DNA of 64,000 nucleotides from a virus: IMG/VR virus record IMGVR_UViG_3300013112_000677, positions 1 to 64,000 of that record; one strand, 5' to 3'. Shown piece by piece: positions 26,801 to 35,831 of this stretch (position 1 is its first letter; each line of letters starts with the position of its first letter). The notes under the pieces were generated by a model. It saw only the letters and a program-made list of their open reading frames with translations, ran no database searches and was not told where the DNA came from. The position numbers and the translations under genes were made by a program.

Positions 26801-29800
26801 CCTCCTTCGCCTACGACAAGTTCCAGGGGTACATGAACGTGATGGGGATCAACCCCACGAAGCGGGGCAGCGTGATCAACCTGTCCCCCTTGACCGATGC
26901 CCAGGTCGTCCAGATGTCCAACGGGGCACTGCCAGACGCGGGGCTGATGTTCCAGGGCAAGGACATGAAGCCCGAGCGAGGTGGCCTGTTCGACCCCCGC
27001 ATCACCGGCGGCCCCGACGGCACGAAGTGGAGCCACATCGAGCTGGCCGAGTCGATGCCCAACCCGGTGTTCGAGCGCGCCATCCTCACGCTGACGGGGC
27101 TGACCAACAAGAAGTACCAGGCCATCATGGCGGGCAAGGACGAGCTCGACGGCAAGTCCGGGCCCGAGGCCATCCGGGAGAAGCTCAAGGACATCGACGT
27201 CGACAAGCGGCTGCGGCAGCTCCGCCGGAAGATGGAGAAGACCGACGCCCCGGCAGCCCTGGCCAAGATGAGGAAGGAGTCCCGCTACCTCGAGGCTCTG
27301 CAGGCCAACGAGATGACGCCGAGCGACGCCTACCTCATGTCGGTGGTGCCCGTCCTCCCGCCGTCGATGCGGCCGGTCTCCGTGATGGACGGGGGCGACC
27401 TCAACACCCGCGACATCAACGGGCTGTACAAGTACCTCGCCATCTCCAACCGACAGCTCAAGGAGTTCGACCCGGGCCTGCCCGAGGGGGAGAAGCGCAA
27501 GCTGCAGGCGGAGCTGTACGACGACCTCCGTGCCCTGACGATGACGGGCAAGAACATCAACAAGCAGCAGTACCGCGGCGTGATGGAGACGATGAAGGGG
27601 GTGCCCCAGCCCAAGGACTCCTTCTTCCAGAAGAACCTCATCAGCCGCAAGCAGGACCTGTCGATGCGGTCCATCATCATCCCCGAGCCCGCGATGGGCC
27701 TGGATGAGGTGGGCATCCCCTACTCCCTGGCGAAGGAGACCTACAAGCCCTTCATCGTGCGGAAGCTGCGCACCGAGCAGGGGTTCACCCCGCTCGAGGG
27801 CCAGAAGGAAGTGGAGAAGGACACGGAGCTGGCCCGCCGCACCCTGGAGCGGGTGCTGGATGAGCGGCCCGTGCTGCTGAAGCGCGACCCCGTGCTCCAC
27901 AAGTTCGGCATCATGGCCTTCCAACCCAAGGTGGTGGAAGGCAAGGCCATCCGCATCCACCCGCTGGTGACCGGCGGGTACAACGCCGACTTCGACGGCG
28001 ACGCCATGTCCGCCTACGTCCCCCTCACCCACGAGGCGGTCAGCGAGGCGCACAAGATGTTCCCCTCGCGCAACCTGTTCAGCCCCACCTCGGGCCGGCT
28101 GATGTACCAGCCCGGCCACGAGGCACAGCTCGGGCTGTACCGGCTGACGAAGTGGGGCAAGCGCACCGGCCACGAGTTCAAGTCGACCAAGGAGGCCGCC
28201 AAGGAGGCCGCCGAGCTCGGCCTGGGCATGACCGATGTCATCACGGTCAAGGGCAAGGAGACGACCCTCGGCCGGCTGCTCATCGACCGGGTGCTGCCGA
28301 AGGGGGAGCGGGGGAACACGAAGCTCCTGCACACCCCCAGCTACCTGCTGGACAAGGGGGAGGCCCGGAAGCTCCTGACCTCCCTGGCCGAGAAGCACCC
28401 CAACGACTTCGGGGATGCGGTCAACCAGCTGAAGGACCTGGGGAACAACTACGCCTACCAGTCCGGCTTCTCCGTCAGCCTCCGAGACTTCACCCCGCAG
28501 CGGAACATCCGCGACCGCATCGTCAACGCGGCGCACAAGGAGGTGGCCGCCATCCACAAGCGGCGCGACATCTCCGAGGAGAAGAGGGAGCGGCTGGCCG
28601 CCGAGGCGTACCAGAAGGCGACCAACGAGCTGACCCGCATCCTCAAGCCGAAGCTGGCCAGGGAGAAGAACAACGCGCTCGAGCTCGTGTCCTCCGGCGC
28701 CCGCGGAGACTGGGACCAGCTGCGGCAGATCGTCGTGGCCCCGATGCTCATCAAGGACGCGGCCGACAGGCCCATCCCCATCCCCATCACGAAGAGCTAC
28801 GCCGAGGGCCTGGACACGGCGAGCTACTTCACCACGATGCAGGGCGCCCGCAAGACGATGATCCAGAAGACCAAGGAGACCGCCAAGCCTGGCGCGCTCA
28901 CCAAGGACATCGTCAACTCGGCCATGAACATGCTCGTCATCCCGGGCGACGCCCCGGACGACGCCGAGGACGGGATCTTCCTGGACACCGAGAGCCGGGA
29001 GATCATCGGCCGGTTCCTGTCGAAGCCCGCCAAGCTGCGGACGGGGGAGACCCTGCCGCGCAACACGGAGCTCACCCCCGAGGTCATCACGCGCATCCGC
29101 AACGCGGGCACGAAGAAGGTCTCGGTGCGCAGCCCACTACGCAGTGCCGCGGCGCAGGGCATCTACGCCAGGGACTACGGGACGCTGCCTGGTGGTGGCC
29201 TGCCTGAGCCGGGCACCAACATCGGCGTCATCGCAGCCCAGGCGCTGGGCGAGCCGGCGACCCAGCTCTCCATGAAGGCGTTCCACCACGGAGGCGTGGC
29301 GAGCACCAAGGGGAAGGTCACCGACTCGTTCACCCGCGTCGAGAACCTGTTGCAGATGCCGTCCACCCTGCCCGACTCAGCGACCCTGGCTGGCAGGGGC
29401 GGACGCATCTCCAAGATCGAGAAGGACCGGGACGTCGGCGGGCTCAACGTGTGGGTCGAGGACAAGCGGCACTACGTGCCCGAGCACCTGGTCCACTCCG
29501 GCCTCCACCTGCGCAAGGGCCTGGCCGTGAAGCGCGGCGACAGACTGTCGGCGGGACCCATCAACCCGCACGAGCTTCTGCCTTTGACCAACATCAACAC
29601 CGTGAGAAACTACCTCACGGATGAGGTGCACACCGCGTACAAGGACTCGGGAGTCCAGCGGCGGAACGCCGAGGCGGTCATCCGTGCCATCACCAACCTC
29701 GGTGTGGTGCGGGACCCCGCGGGCGACCCGACCCTGCTGAAGGGCGACCTCGTCTCGGTGTCGCAGATGGAAGCGCGCAACCGGAAGTCGAAGAAGCCAG

Positions 29801-30021
29801 TGGCGTTCCGCCCCGTCCTGCGCGGGGTGAACCAGACGCCGCTGGACATGCAGACCGACTGGATGGCACGTATGCAATACCAGCGCCTGCAAGATACAGT
29901 GGTGGACGCAGCCCTGAAGAACTGGGGCAGTGACATTCACGGGATGCACCCAGTCCCGGGCATGGCCTACGGAGCCGAGTTCGGGAAGCCCCCGCTTGGG
30001 GTGACGAGCTTCAAGTACTGA
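23890..30021 (+). CDS. rpoBC: Single-chain fused beta-beta' multisubunit-type RNA polymerase (probable virion RNAP)
   Basis: beta motifs GYNFEDG, GDKLVGRHGNKG, LNPAGIPGRINLGQ, YMLKLKH; beta' motifs KPERGGLF, PVLPP, RDPVLH, NADFDGD (27982-28002), AQALGEPATQLSMKAFHHGG; junction near 26860. Confidence 0.97.
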   Translation: MTTLNPEGSFDALKDRVSGAIESTFPYEGRDRRLEVDRVWVDDKKSIDDIRSQQEAKMRGRSWTVPVMADVRLIDKESGKELDSRAIRVANLPKVTRRYSYIVDGKERQVDNQFRLKSGVYHRTTGKGQLVSKWNAEKGLGFDLKFDPANRRYLINYGDSNIPLYPVLKAMGVGDDEIERELGRRMLTAGKKEKHDVAMRAFYKASTGKQADSIEAAEEHIAKTLAETKLRPDSTVLTLGKKFDHVSSKALLASAAKLARISRGEEDEDNREHLFFKDALSTEDFIEERLQRAQRDIKAKLSNNIDKKGKRVREVISPDLFDKPIRSFFTSSQLAQMPEQINPLEFVSGQTKTTVMGEGGIKTTHTLTDEVRLIDPTHLGFLDPIQTPEGDKTGITLQLPLGALKKGKKLYIRAYNTKTGKMENVDAHKAHNSTMAYPDQFSWKGGKPTPDASGRVAVSGPGGELKTVDYKDVDYVLRSPKALFGMSSNLIPFLQNNQGVRAMTASRQQEQAVPLVDREQPQVQVKTESGRTFEQTLGRFNAHHAPVAGKVIEIKPDAVVIRGKDRKKHEVQLYDHFPLNEASSVLHSNPVVKVGDEVKSGQLVADSNFTKGGTLALGKNLRVAYLPYKGYNFEDGIVVSETGAQKLTSQHMHRKHLAIGKDTVLKRDKFRAYSTPDRAPDSKLKKLDDDGIIRVGETVTEGDILVASLKKPAPTSERRALERLHKSLVKDLVERPLTWDNDTRGKVIRVVKTPKGVDVHVATEEPARVGDKLVGRHGNKGVITAIIPDHEMPRPTEKGSAQLDVLLNPAGIPGRINLGQVLETAASKLSTKRRPYVVNNFAGGEKDYISDLKKELAAAGVKDTEPLVDPQTGAELGDTLTGDQYMLKLKHQVTKKSAARSGGTGYGYDVNRVPKGGGAHGAQAMDALGMYAMLAHGAKANIREMATYKTQRNDELWDALQSGEPLPPPTTSFAYDKFQGYMNVMGINPTKRGSVINLSPLTDAQVVQMSNGALPDAGLMFQGKDMKPERGGLFDPRITGGPDGTKWSHIELAESMPNPVFERAILTLTGLTNKKYQAIMAGKDELDGKSGPEAIREKLKDIDVDKRLRQLRRKMEKTDAPAALAKMRKESRYLEALQANEMTPSDAYLMSVVPVLPPSMRPVSVMDGGDLNTRDINGLYKYLAISNRQLKEFDPGLPEGEKRKLQAELYDDLRALTMTGKNINKQQYRGVMETMKGVPQPKDSFFQKNLISRKQDLSMRSIIIPEPAMGLDEVGIPYSLAKETYKPFIVRKLRTEQGFTPLEGQKEVEKDTELARRTLERVLDERPVLLKRDPVLHKFGIMAFQPKVVEGKAIRIHPLVTGGYNADFDGDAMSAYVPLTHEAVSEAHKMFPSRNLFSPTSGRLMYQPGHEAQLGLYRLTKWGKRTGHEFKSTKEAAKEAAELGLGMTDVITVKGKETTLGRLLIDRVLPKGERGNTKLLHTPSYLLDKGEARKLLTSLAEKHPNDFGDAVNQLKDLGNNYAYQSGFSVSLRDFTPQRNIRDRIVNAAHKEVAAIHKRRDISEEKRERLAAEAYQKATNELTRILKPKLAREKNNALELVSSGARGDWDQLRQIVVAPMLIKDAADRPIPIPITKSYAEGLDTASYFTTMQGARKTMIQKTKETAKPGALTKDIVNSAMNMLVIPGDAPDDAEDGIFLDTESREIIGRFLSKPAKLRTGETLPRNTELTPEVITRIRNAGTKKVSVRSPLRSAAAQGIYARDYGTLPGGGLPEPGTNIGVIAAQALGEPATQLSMKAFHHGGVASTKGKVTDSFTRVENLLQMPSTLPDSATLAGRGGRISKIEKDRDVGGLNVWVEDKRHYVPEHLVHSGLHLRKGLAVKRGDRLSAGPINPHELLPLTNINTVRNYLTDEVHTAYKDSGVQRRNAEAVIRAITNLGVVRDPAGDPTLLKGDLVSVSQMEARNRKSKKPVAFRPVLRGVNQTPLDMQTDWMARMQYQRLQDTVVDAALKNWGSDIHGMHPVPGMAYGAEFGKPPLGVTSFKY
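29538..29550. repeat. Dispersed palindrome copy 3, CGACAGACTGTCG
   Basis: Inside the RNAP gene; uses the rare AGA codon. Confidence 0.9.
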
Positions 30022-30030
30022 GGAGAGAGC

Positions 30031-30498
30031 ATGCACGACCTCGAGAAGACCGCAGTGTTCCACGCGTTCAGGGCCGGTGCCCTCGACGAGATGGAGAAGA
30101 TCGCCACCGAGCAGGGACTGACCCACCTAGAGAAGGTGGCCCTCCTGAGCGCCATGGGCAACGGCCTGCAGAAGGTCGCCATCTTCGGCGCCATCGGCAA
30201 GGGCGTGGCGAGCATGACCAAGAGCTTCGGCCAGTCCCTGGGGCAGCGTGGCTCGAAGGTGATGGCCGGACGCGCAGCCAAGGCCGGTGGTGAGGCCGTG
30301 AAGGCCCCCTGGCACATCGGTGCGGCCAACCGCCTCGGTGACGCGTCCAAGTGGATGGCCGCGCGTCCCGGGACCACGGGTGGTCTGGCCCTCGGTGGGG
30401 CAGGTCTGGGCGCAGCCGGCCTGACCGGCGCGGGCTTCGCCGCCGGCGGCGCCGCCGGTGAGGGCCACCAGGCTGTCCGCCGCGCCGTGAGGGGGTAG
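30031..30498 (+). CDS. Putative internal virion protein with a glycine-zipper C-terminus
   Basis: EKTA, EKIA, EKVA, QKVA in the first 50 aa; Cys-free; GGLALGGAGLGAAGLTGAG. Confidence 0.75.
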   Translation: MHDLEKTAVFHAFRAGALDEMEKIATEQGLTHLEKVALLSAMGNGLQKVAIFGAIGKGVASMTKSFGQSLGQRGSKVMAGRAAKAGGEAVKAPWHIGAANRLGDASKWMAARPGTTGGLALGGAGLGAAGLTGAGFAAGGAAGEGHQAVRRAVRG

Positions 30499-30505
30499 TG
30501 CATAG

Positions 30506-31627
30506 GTGCCGCCCAACCCCCTGGTGCACGGCCGACGCAGGCCGGCCTTCATCGAGTCTGCACGGGTGATGAACGTGAACGCAGCGAGCTACTCGGTGGA
30601 CATCCTCACTGACCCGCCCGACGAGCGGTTCTGGGGTGACATGCCGTTTGCGTCCCCGTACATGCACCCGCAGGGGGGCGAGGGGCTGTACGTCATGCCC
30701 GAGGTGGGAGCTCGCTGCTGGGTCTGCTGGCCCAGCGACGCGCTCTCTCCCTTCGTGCTGGCCTACGGCCCCTACGCGTCCGCGGACCAGGAGGCGGCAA
30801 CCCGCTGGCGCTCCGGCCGGGAGGAGCTCCGGCCCGGGGACATCTACCTGGGCACGCGTGACCGCAACGGCATCGTCATCCGGCGCGGCGGGGTGCTGCA
30901 GGTGATGTCCACCCCGCTGGCTCAGCGGATGTACATCCCCATCAACAACCTCATCCGGGACTTCTGCCAGAACTACGGCATGCACACGTTCGGCGGCGAC
31001 CTGACCTGGGAGGTGGGGACCCCGGCGGACAACGCCTACGGGGACCGGGAGACGGTGTGGCGCCTCAAGGCCAAGGAGAAGGCGGACGACCCTGGGATCG
31101 TCTGCGACTTCTCCCTGGGCCACCACGACGAGGACGTGGCCCTGGAGCTGCTCATCTACAGCGACGGCACGGATGAGCACACGCAGGTGGCGCACCTCAC
31201 CATCGACAAGGCCGGGGTGACTACCTGGACCCTCGAGGACAACTTCAACATCGTCACCGAGAAGTCCTTCTCAGTGGAGGCCACGGAGAACGTGGAGATG
31301 GTGGCGACCCAGGAGATGAACCTGGACGGCAAGGCCGGCGTGCTGCTGCAGAGCACCAGCGCCGGCGTGAAGCTGCTGGCCAACGCGAACATCGAGCTGG
31401 GTGACTCCGGCCTCGTGGTGACGCCCGATGGGCGGGTCGAGGTGGGAGCAGGGGCCACGGAGAAGATGGTGCTGGGGGACTCCCTGGCCAGCTGGCTGCT
31501 CAACCACGGCCACATCATCACGGGTACCCTGAGCGGCACGGCGGTCACTGGTCAGACCGCCGGGCTGATGCCGGGTACTCCAGACCCGACGACCACGATC
31601 CTCTCGAAGAAGCACACGGTGAACTAG
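30506..31627 (+). CDS. Baseplate spike/hub protein (gpV/gp5-like)
   Basis: N-terminal OB-fold-like segment (GEGLYVMPEVGARCWV), beta-repeat middle region, C-terminal VLGD..WL.NHGH motif. Confidence 0.65.
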   Translation: MPPNPLVHGRRRPAFIESARVMNVNAASYSVDILTDPPDERFWGDMPFASPYMHPQGGEGLYVMPEVGARCWVCWPSDALSPFVLAYGPYASADQEAATRWRSGREELRPGDIYLGTRDRNGIVIRRGGVLQVMSTPLAQRMYIPINNLIRDFCQNYGMHTFGGDLTWEVGTPADNAYGDRETVWRLKAKEKADDPGIVCDFSLGHHDEDVALELLIYSDGTDEHTQVAHLTIDKAGVTTWTLEDNFNIVTEKSFSVEATENVEMVATQEMNLDGKAGVLLQSTSAGVKLLANANIELGDSGLVVTPDGRVEVGAGATEKMVLGDSLASWLLNHGHIITGTLSGTAVTGQTAGLMPGTPDPTTTILSKKHTVN

Positions 31628-31636
31628 GAGACTGCC

Positions 31637-33622
31637 ATGGATCTCTTCCTCGACGCACAGCCCACCACGGAGAAGACGGCCGCGTCCATCGCTCGGATGG
31701 ACAGCAACCCCGCCACGTGGTCCAAGCAGATCCTGCAGGAAGCGCACCGTCAGCTGCCCTTCCTCCAGGAGTACGACATCTCGGTGAACCTCACGGACTC
31801 CGCCCCCGAGCAGGGCTACGCCATCGGGTACATCGAGGTGAAGAACCCCACCATGATGACCCCGGGCGACGAGCTGATCACCCAGCCGGTGAAGCACGGC
31901 CGCATCCCCATCATCATCCGGGAGTTCGAGCTGCACCCGCTCGACCTGTTCATGAAGGGGGACAAGTCGTACCCGCTGACGGAGGCGCGCTTCCGCCAGG
32001 CGATGTTCCGGCCGGAGGAGTTCGACGCCCCCGGGAACCTCCCGCCCGAGGTGAACATCGAGAACAACCTCGAGCCCCCTTTCGTGGGCAACCGCGGCGG
32101 CTTCCTCTCCACGGGCCGCGAGGTGACCAGCTCGGTGCGCGACCTGCCGCCGCTGCTGTACACGCTGGCGCCGCTGATGGACAACCAGACCATCGAGAAG
32201 GTGGCGGACATCGTCGCCTCCGACCCCACCGTGCAGGCACGGTTCCGGGACAACCCCGACGCCGCGGCGAGCCTCGGGTTCCTGGCGGGCTCCAGCGAGA
32301 TGGAGAAGGCCTCGTCCGATGAGGTGTGGTCCTCCGTGGTCGAGCGCATCAAGCCCAACGTCATCCAGGTGGAGAAGCTGGCCAGCGGGAAGTACCGGGT
32401 GAAGTGGGCCAACTCCGAGGCGTTCGCGCCCCAGGAGGCAGAGATGGTGCAGCCCCAGGTCGAGGAGATGGCGGGCGAGGAAGCCATCGGTGGCCTCGGC
32501 GAGGGCGAGAACCTCACCGTGTCCCCCGACGCCGGCCCCACCCCGATGACGGAGCCGGAGCTGGACCTCAAGGCCATCGCCGAGTTCGGCCAGTGGAAGG
32601 TCGTGTCCCTGGACGGGCGTGAGCTGGTCGGCTGGGTGTTCCCCCAGCTCCTGAGCTTCGACGGGGAGTCCCTCCCCATGGCGCTGTTCACCAACGGCTC
32701 GGAGTACAGCATCCAGGGCGCCATCGCGGGCAGCCGCGTGGGCCAGGGGGTGAACCTCCCCCACTCCGACCCCCAGGGCTACGGCTGCTTCTACTACATC
32801 TCCGAGGGCACGGCGCGCGCGACCATCCCCTTCCAGATCGAGGCCCTCGACGAGACCGGGGAGTCCCGCACCTACTCGGTGAGCACCGACATGGGCGAGG
32901 AGTTCCAGGTGCAGGTGGTCCCGCAGCTGCAGGTCATCACGCCCATGGGCGAGGGGATGTACGGGGTGCCCGAGCACTTCGGCTTCCTCCCCCTGACCGG
33001 GCAGCTGACCAAGCTGGTGGAGGATCCCGCGGCCCTGACCAAGGAGTCCGAGGCCCGGGAGATCGCCGACTGGGGCGAGGTCATCACCGACGGCACCGTC
33101 TACAGCCTGAGCGGCCGGCCGTTCGAGAAGCTGGCGGACTCCGTCAAGAGCTTCATCGACAGGCCGGCGGCCGAGTTCCTCCTGGTCTCCGCCGGGGCCA
33201 ACCCCAGCGAGGTCAAGGAGAAGCTCGCCGTCGCCGCCGAGTTCGGCGGCGCGTCGTTCACCTTCAACAACCTCCGGCAGATCACCCCGTTCGTCGAGGT
33301 CTACGAGGACTCGATCAAGACCGCCAGCGCCGTGCGGGGCAAGCTCCCCGAGCCCCGGCTGCTGGTCAAGGAGGCAGCCGACGTGGCCGTCGGTGACGGC
33401 ACCGCCGTCGACGCCGTGCTGTCGCTGGGGTTCCTCACCCCCGAGACGGTGTCGGTCTTCCTCTCCTACATCCCGTACCTGGAGGACACCATCAACCGGC
33501 TGGCTGACCTGCTGATGGCCACCCGGATGGGCCTCCGCATCATGAACGAGAGCTCGGTCCGCACGGCGCTGTTCTCCCTGGAGGAGACGCTCAACGGCCT
33601 GAAGCTGCTGGCGCAGGCATGA
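31637..33622 (+). CDS. Virion structural/assembly protein with K-x-A motifs
   Basis: 661 aa, acidic; EKTAA, EKVAD, EKLAS, EKLAD, IKTAS, VKEAA. Confidence 0.8.
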   Translation: MDLFLDAQPTTEKTAASIARMDSNPATWSKQILQEAHRQLPFLQEYDISVNLTDSAPEQGYAIGYIEVKNPTMMTPGDELITQPVKHGRIPIIIREFELHPLDLFMKGDKSYPLTEARFRQAMFRPEEFDAPGNLPPEVNIENNLEPPFVGNRGGFLSTGREVTSSVRDLPPLLYTLAPLMDNQTIEKVADIVASDPTVQARFRDNPDAAASLGFLAGSSEMEKASSDEVWSSVVERIKPNVIQVEKLASGKYRVKWANSEAFAPQEAEMVQPQVEEMAGEEAIGGLGEGENLTVSPDAGPTPMTEPELDLKAIAEFGQWKVVSLDGRELVGWVFPQLLSFDGESLPMALFTNGSEYSIQGAIAGSRVGQGVNLPHSDPQGYGCFYYISEGTARATIPFQIEALDETGESRTYSVSTDMGEEFQVQVVPQLQVITPMGEGMYGVPEHFGFLPLTGQLTKLVEDPAALTKESEAREIADWGEVITDGTVYSLSGRPFEKLADSVKSFIDRPAAEFLLVSAGANPSEVKEKLAVAAEFGGASFTFNNLRQITPFVEVYEDSIKTASAVRGKLPEPRLLVKEAADVAVGDGTAVDAVLSLGFLTPETVSVFLSYIPYLEDTINRLADLLMATRMGLRIMNESSVRTALFSLEETLNGLKLLAQA

Positions 33623-34524
33623 GCACGGTCCTCGGCGAACGGCCTCGCCACCCGAGCGAGCGCTTCATCCTCTTCCTGCTGACCCAGCAGGACCCGGACG
33701 AGTGCCACACCGACGTCATCCTGGCGCAGCTGGATGCGTGCAAGCTCCCGCCGGCCCACGAGAACCACGTGGACGGCCTCCGCATGCTGCTCCTGCGGGA
33801 CATCCCCAAGCCGTTCATGCCCAGGAACCGGCGGCACCAGAAGTCGATGGACTTCCTCCGCCAGCACGAGGTGTACGACCTGCACCACCCCGGTCCCGCG
33901 GTGGAAGAAGCCGCGGCCATCCTGGGGGACTACCCGGTGCGCAGGAAGGTGGAGATCGGGCTGCTCGGCCGCATCTCCCACGCCCTCATCGCCCGAGAGA
34001 TCGGGGACCAGCAGGGCGTGACGCTCACCGAGGAAGGCGTGAGCGCCTACGAGTACTTCTTCTGGGACGTCAGCACGATGAGCCTCGAGGAGTGGGCGGC
34101 CATCATCGACCAGCAGCCCATCACCATGCTCATCCGGGACAACCAGATGTCCGCGCTGCAGTGCGGAGGCAAGGTCGCCCTGGCGAAGATGGGGCTGGAC
34201 CCCAGCGTCGACCCCCAGGAGATGATCCAGGACATGCTGCGTCGCGTGTACCTGAACTTCGTGGAGGTGGACAAGGTCATCCCCCTGCACAAGGACAAGA
34301 TCGGCATGCTCTCGAGCCTGGCGAGCACCGGCCTCGCGCTGTACAAGCAGGCGACCACCAGCGAGCACGCCCTCCGTCGACTGCTCAAGGACTTCGAGCG
34401 GATGAAGATGGAGACCAACGACGAGAACACACCGGCGCTGTCCGAGCTGGTGGACAAGGACGGGACCTTCACGGACACTGCAGACATCATCCCGCTGCAC
34501 GGCGGGGCGAAGAAGGGGAGCTGA
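33619..34524 (+). CDS. Hypothetical protein
   Basis: 301 aa, ATGA-coupled, typical codon usage. Confidence 0.8.
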   Translation: MSTVLGERPRHPSERFILFLLTQQDPDECHTDVILAQLDACKLPPAHENHVDGLRMLLLRDIPKPFMPRNRRHQKSMDFLRQHEVYDLHHPGPAVEEAAAILGDYPVRRKVEIGLLGRISHALIAREIGDQQGVTLTEEGVSAYEYFFWDVSTMSLEEWAAIIDQQPITMLIRDNQMSALQCGGKVALAKMGLDPSVDPQEMIQDMLRRVYLNFVEVDKVIPLHKDKIGMLSSLASTGLALYKQATTSEHALRRLLKDFERMKMETNDENTPALSELVDKDGTFTDTADIIPLHGGAKKGS

Positions 34525-34865
34525 TGGAAGAGCAGGGAATCCAGATCAAGCCTGTCACCACGCTCCCGCTCGTGGACTTCGGTCCGGTGAAGGTCGAGTG
34601 GGTCTTCAAGGACGGGAACATCATCTACCACATCTACCGCGGCACACTGCGGCGGTGGCCCGGTGAGCTGCACATGCGGGACGTCCTCGGCGATGTCTTC
34701 GAGTCGCTCGGGGTCCCGTCCGACGACGTCGTCGGCTCCTACACCGAGGAGGTGGACAGCTGGGCCGTGCGAGCTCCCGGGGTGGGCGGGGACACCGAGG
34801 ACCTGGTCCGGATGACTGCGACCTTCGGGGAGCGCCTGGCGGAGAAGCTGCGCCGTGCCTCCTGA
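34524..34865 (+). CDS. Hypothetical protein
   Basis: 113 aa from MEEQGIQIKP, TGATG coupling. Confidence 0.75.
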   Translation: MEEQGIQIKPVTTLPLVDFGPVKVEWVFKDGNIIYHIYRGTLRRWPGELHMRDVLGDVFESLGVPSDDVVGSYTEEVDSWAVRAPGVGGDTEDLVRMTATFGERLAEKLRRAS

Positions 34866-35829
34866 CCTCCTGAAGCTGGCGGTCGAGGTAGGGGCGCTGC
34901 CCTCCCCGGCCATGCCCGAGCCCAAGCCGCTGGTGCCCTTCACCGTGGGAGCGCCCGACGCGAGCTGGGGCGAGCGGCTCAAGCGCAGGGAGGCACCGGC
35001 GGAGTACAAGCAGTACTCGCGCGGAGGGAAGTCGTTCTTGCTGGACAAGGACATCCCGATGCTGGAGACCCTGGAGGAGGGCGAGGCCGGGCTGGAGGCG
35101 ATGCGCAAGGCCATCCGGGAGGGGATGGACAAGAACTGGACGCACCCCCAGGTGGCCATCCCACGGGACATCGACCTGCTGAAGCGCTTCCCCGGCTTCC
35201 AGAAGAGCGTGCTCCCCGCCGTCCGCCTCCCGGGCGAGCCCCGAGGTAGTGACACCTGGCGGCGGGGCCGGCTGCACGCCCACGAGTACGGCCCGGTCTG
35301 GCTGGTGCACGAGGACGCCCACGCTCCCCAGTCCAAGCGGGTCACGGACCTCAAGGGGGCGTTGAAGTTCAGGGAGATGTTGAACATCGAGGCAGCCAGG
35401 CACGCCCCCGAGGCCGGGAGGGCGCAGCTCCGTCGCTACCGGGCGCTGCGGCCCGTCGTGCTGAACACCCCGAAGGGGCGGTGGGAGCGGGAGAAGACCA
35501 GCGGGGTCGTGAAACTGGCGCAGAACCCCCCGCCCATGCAAGCTCCCGTCGACCCGACGGGGAACATGTGGGGGCTCGCCGGCGGCGCGGGCACCCTCCT
35601 CGCCGGCGGCCTGGCTGGGCGCGCCGCGCTGCCCCAGGTCGCAGGGAGCCGGGTGGCTCAGCACCTGCTGACCGACGCGCAGGTGGCGACGGCGAAGCAG
35701 TGGGCCGCTCGTCGCGGCGCCCTCGGCGGCGCTCTCCTGGCGGCCTACCCCGCGTGGCGGGTGGCCCAGATGGTAGCCAACTCCCCGCGCAGGCACACTG
35801 CCTGGCAGCACCAGGTGTTCGGGTTCTGA
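34855..35829 (+). CDS. Putative internal virion protein; two modules separated by VKLA, C-terminal hydrophobic glycine zipper
   Basis: 324 aa, Cys-free; LLKLA, VKLA. Confidence 0.7.
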   Translation: MPPDLLKLAVEVGALPSPAMPEPKPLVPFTVGAPDASWGERLKRREAPAEYKQYSRGGKSFLLDKDIPMLETLEEGEAGLEAMRKAIREGMDKNWTHPQVAIPRDIDLLKRFPGFQKSVLPAVRLPGEPRGSDTWRRGRLHAHEYGPVWLVHEDAHAPQSKRVTDLKGALKFREMLNIEAARHAPEAGRAQLRRYRALRPVVLNTPKGRWEREKTSGVVKLAQNPPPMQAPVDPTGNMWGLAGGAGTLLAGGLAGRAALPQVAGSRVAQHLLTDAQVATAKQWAARRGALGGALLAAYPAWRVAQMVANSPRRHTAWQHQVFGF

Positions 35830-35831
35830 GT

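Noticed and set aside
24121-28557. Very long antisense ORFs (also 7716..9662 +, 20462..22582 -, 45307..48081 -, 50821..53919 -, 60329..62728 -)
   Set aside because: Shadow frames of GC3-biased genes on the opposite strand; no motifs or RBS, and typical antisense composition.
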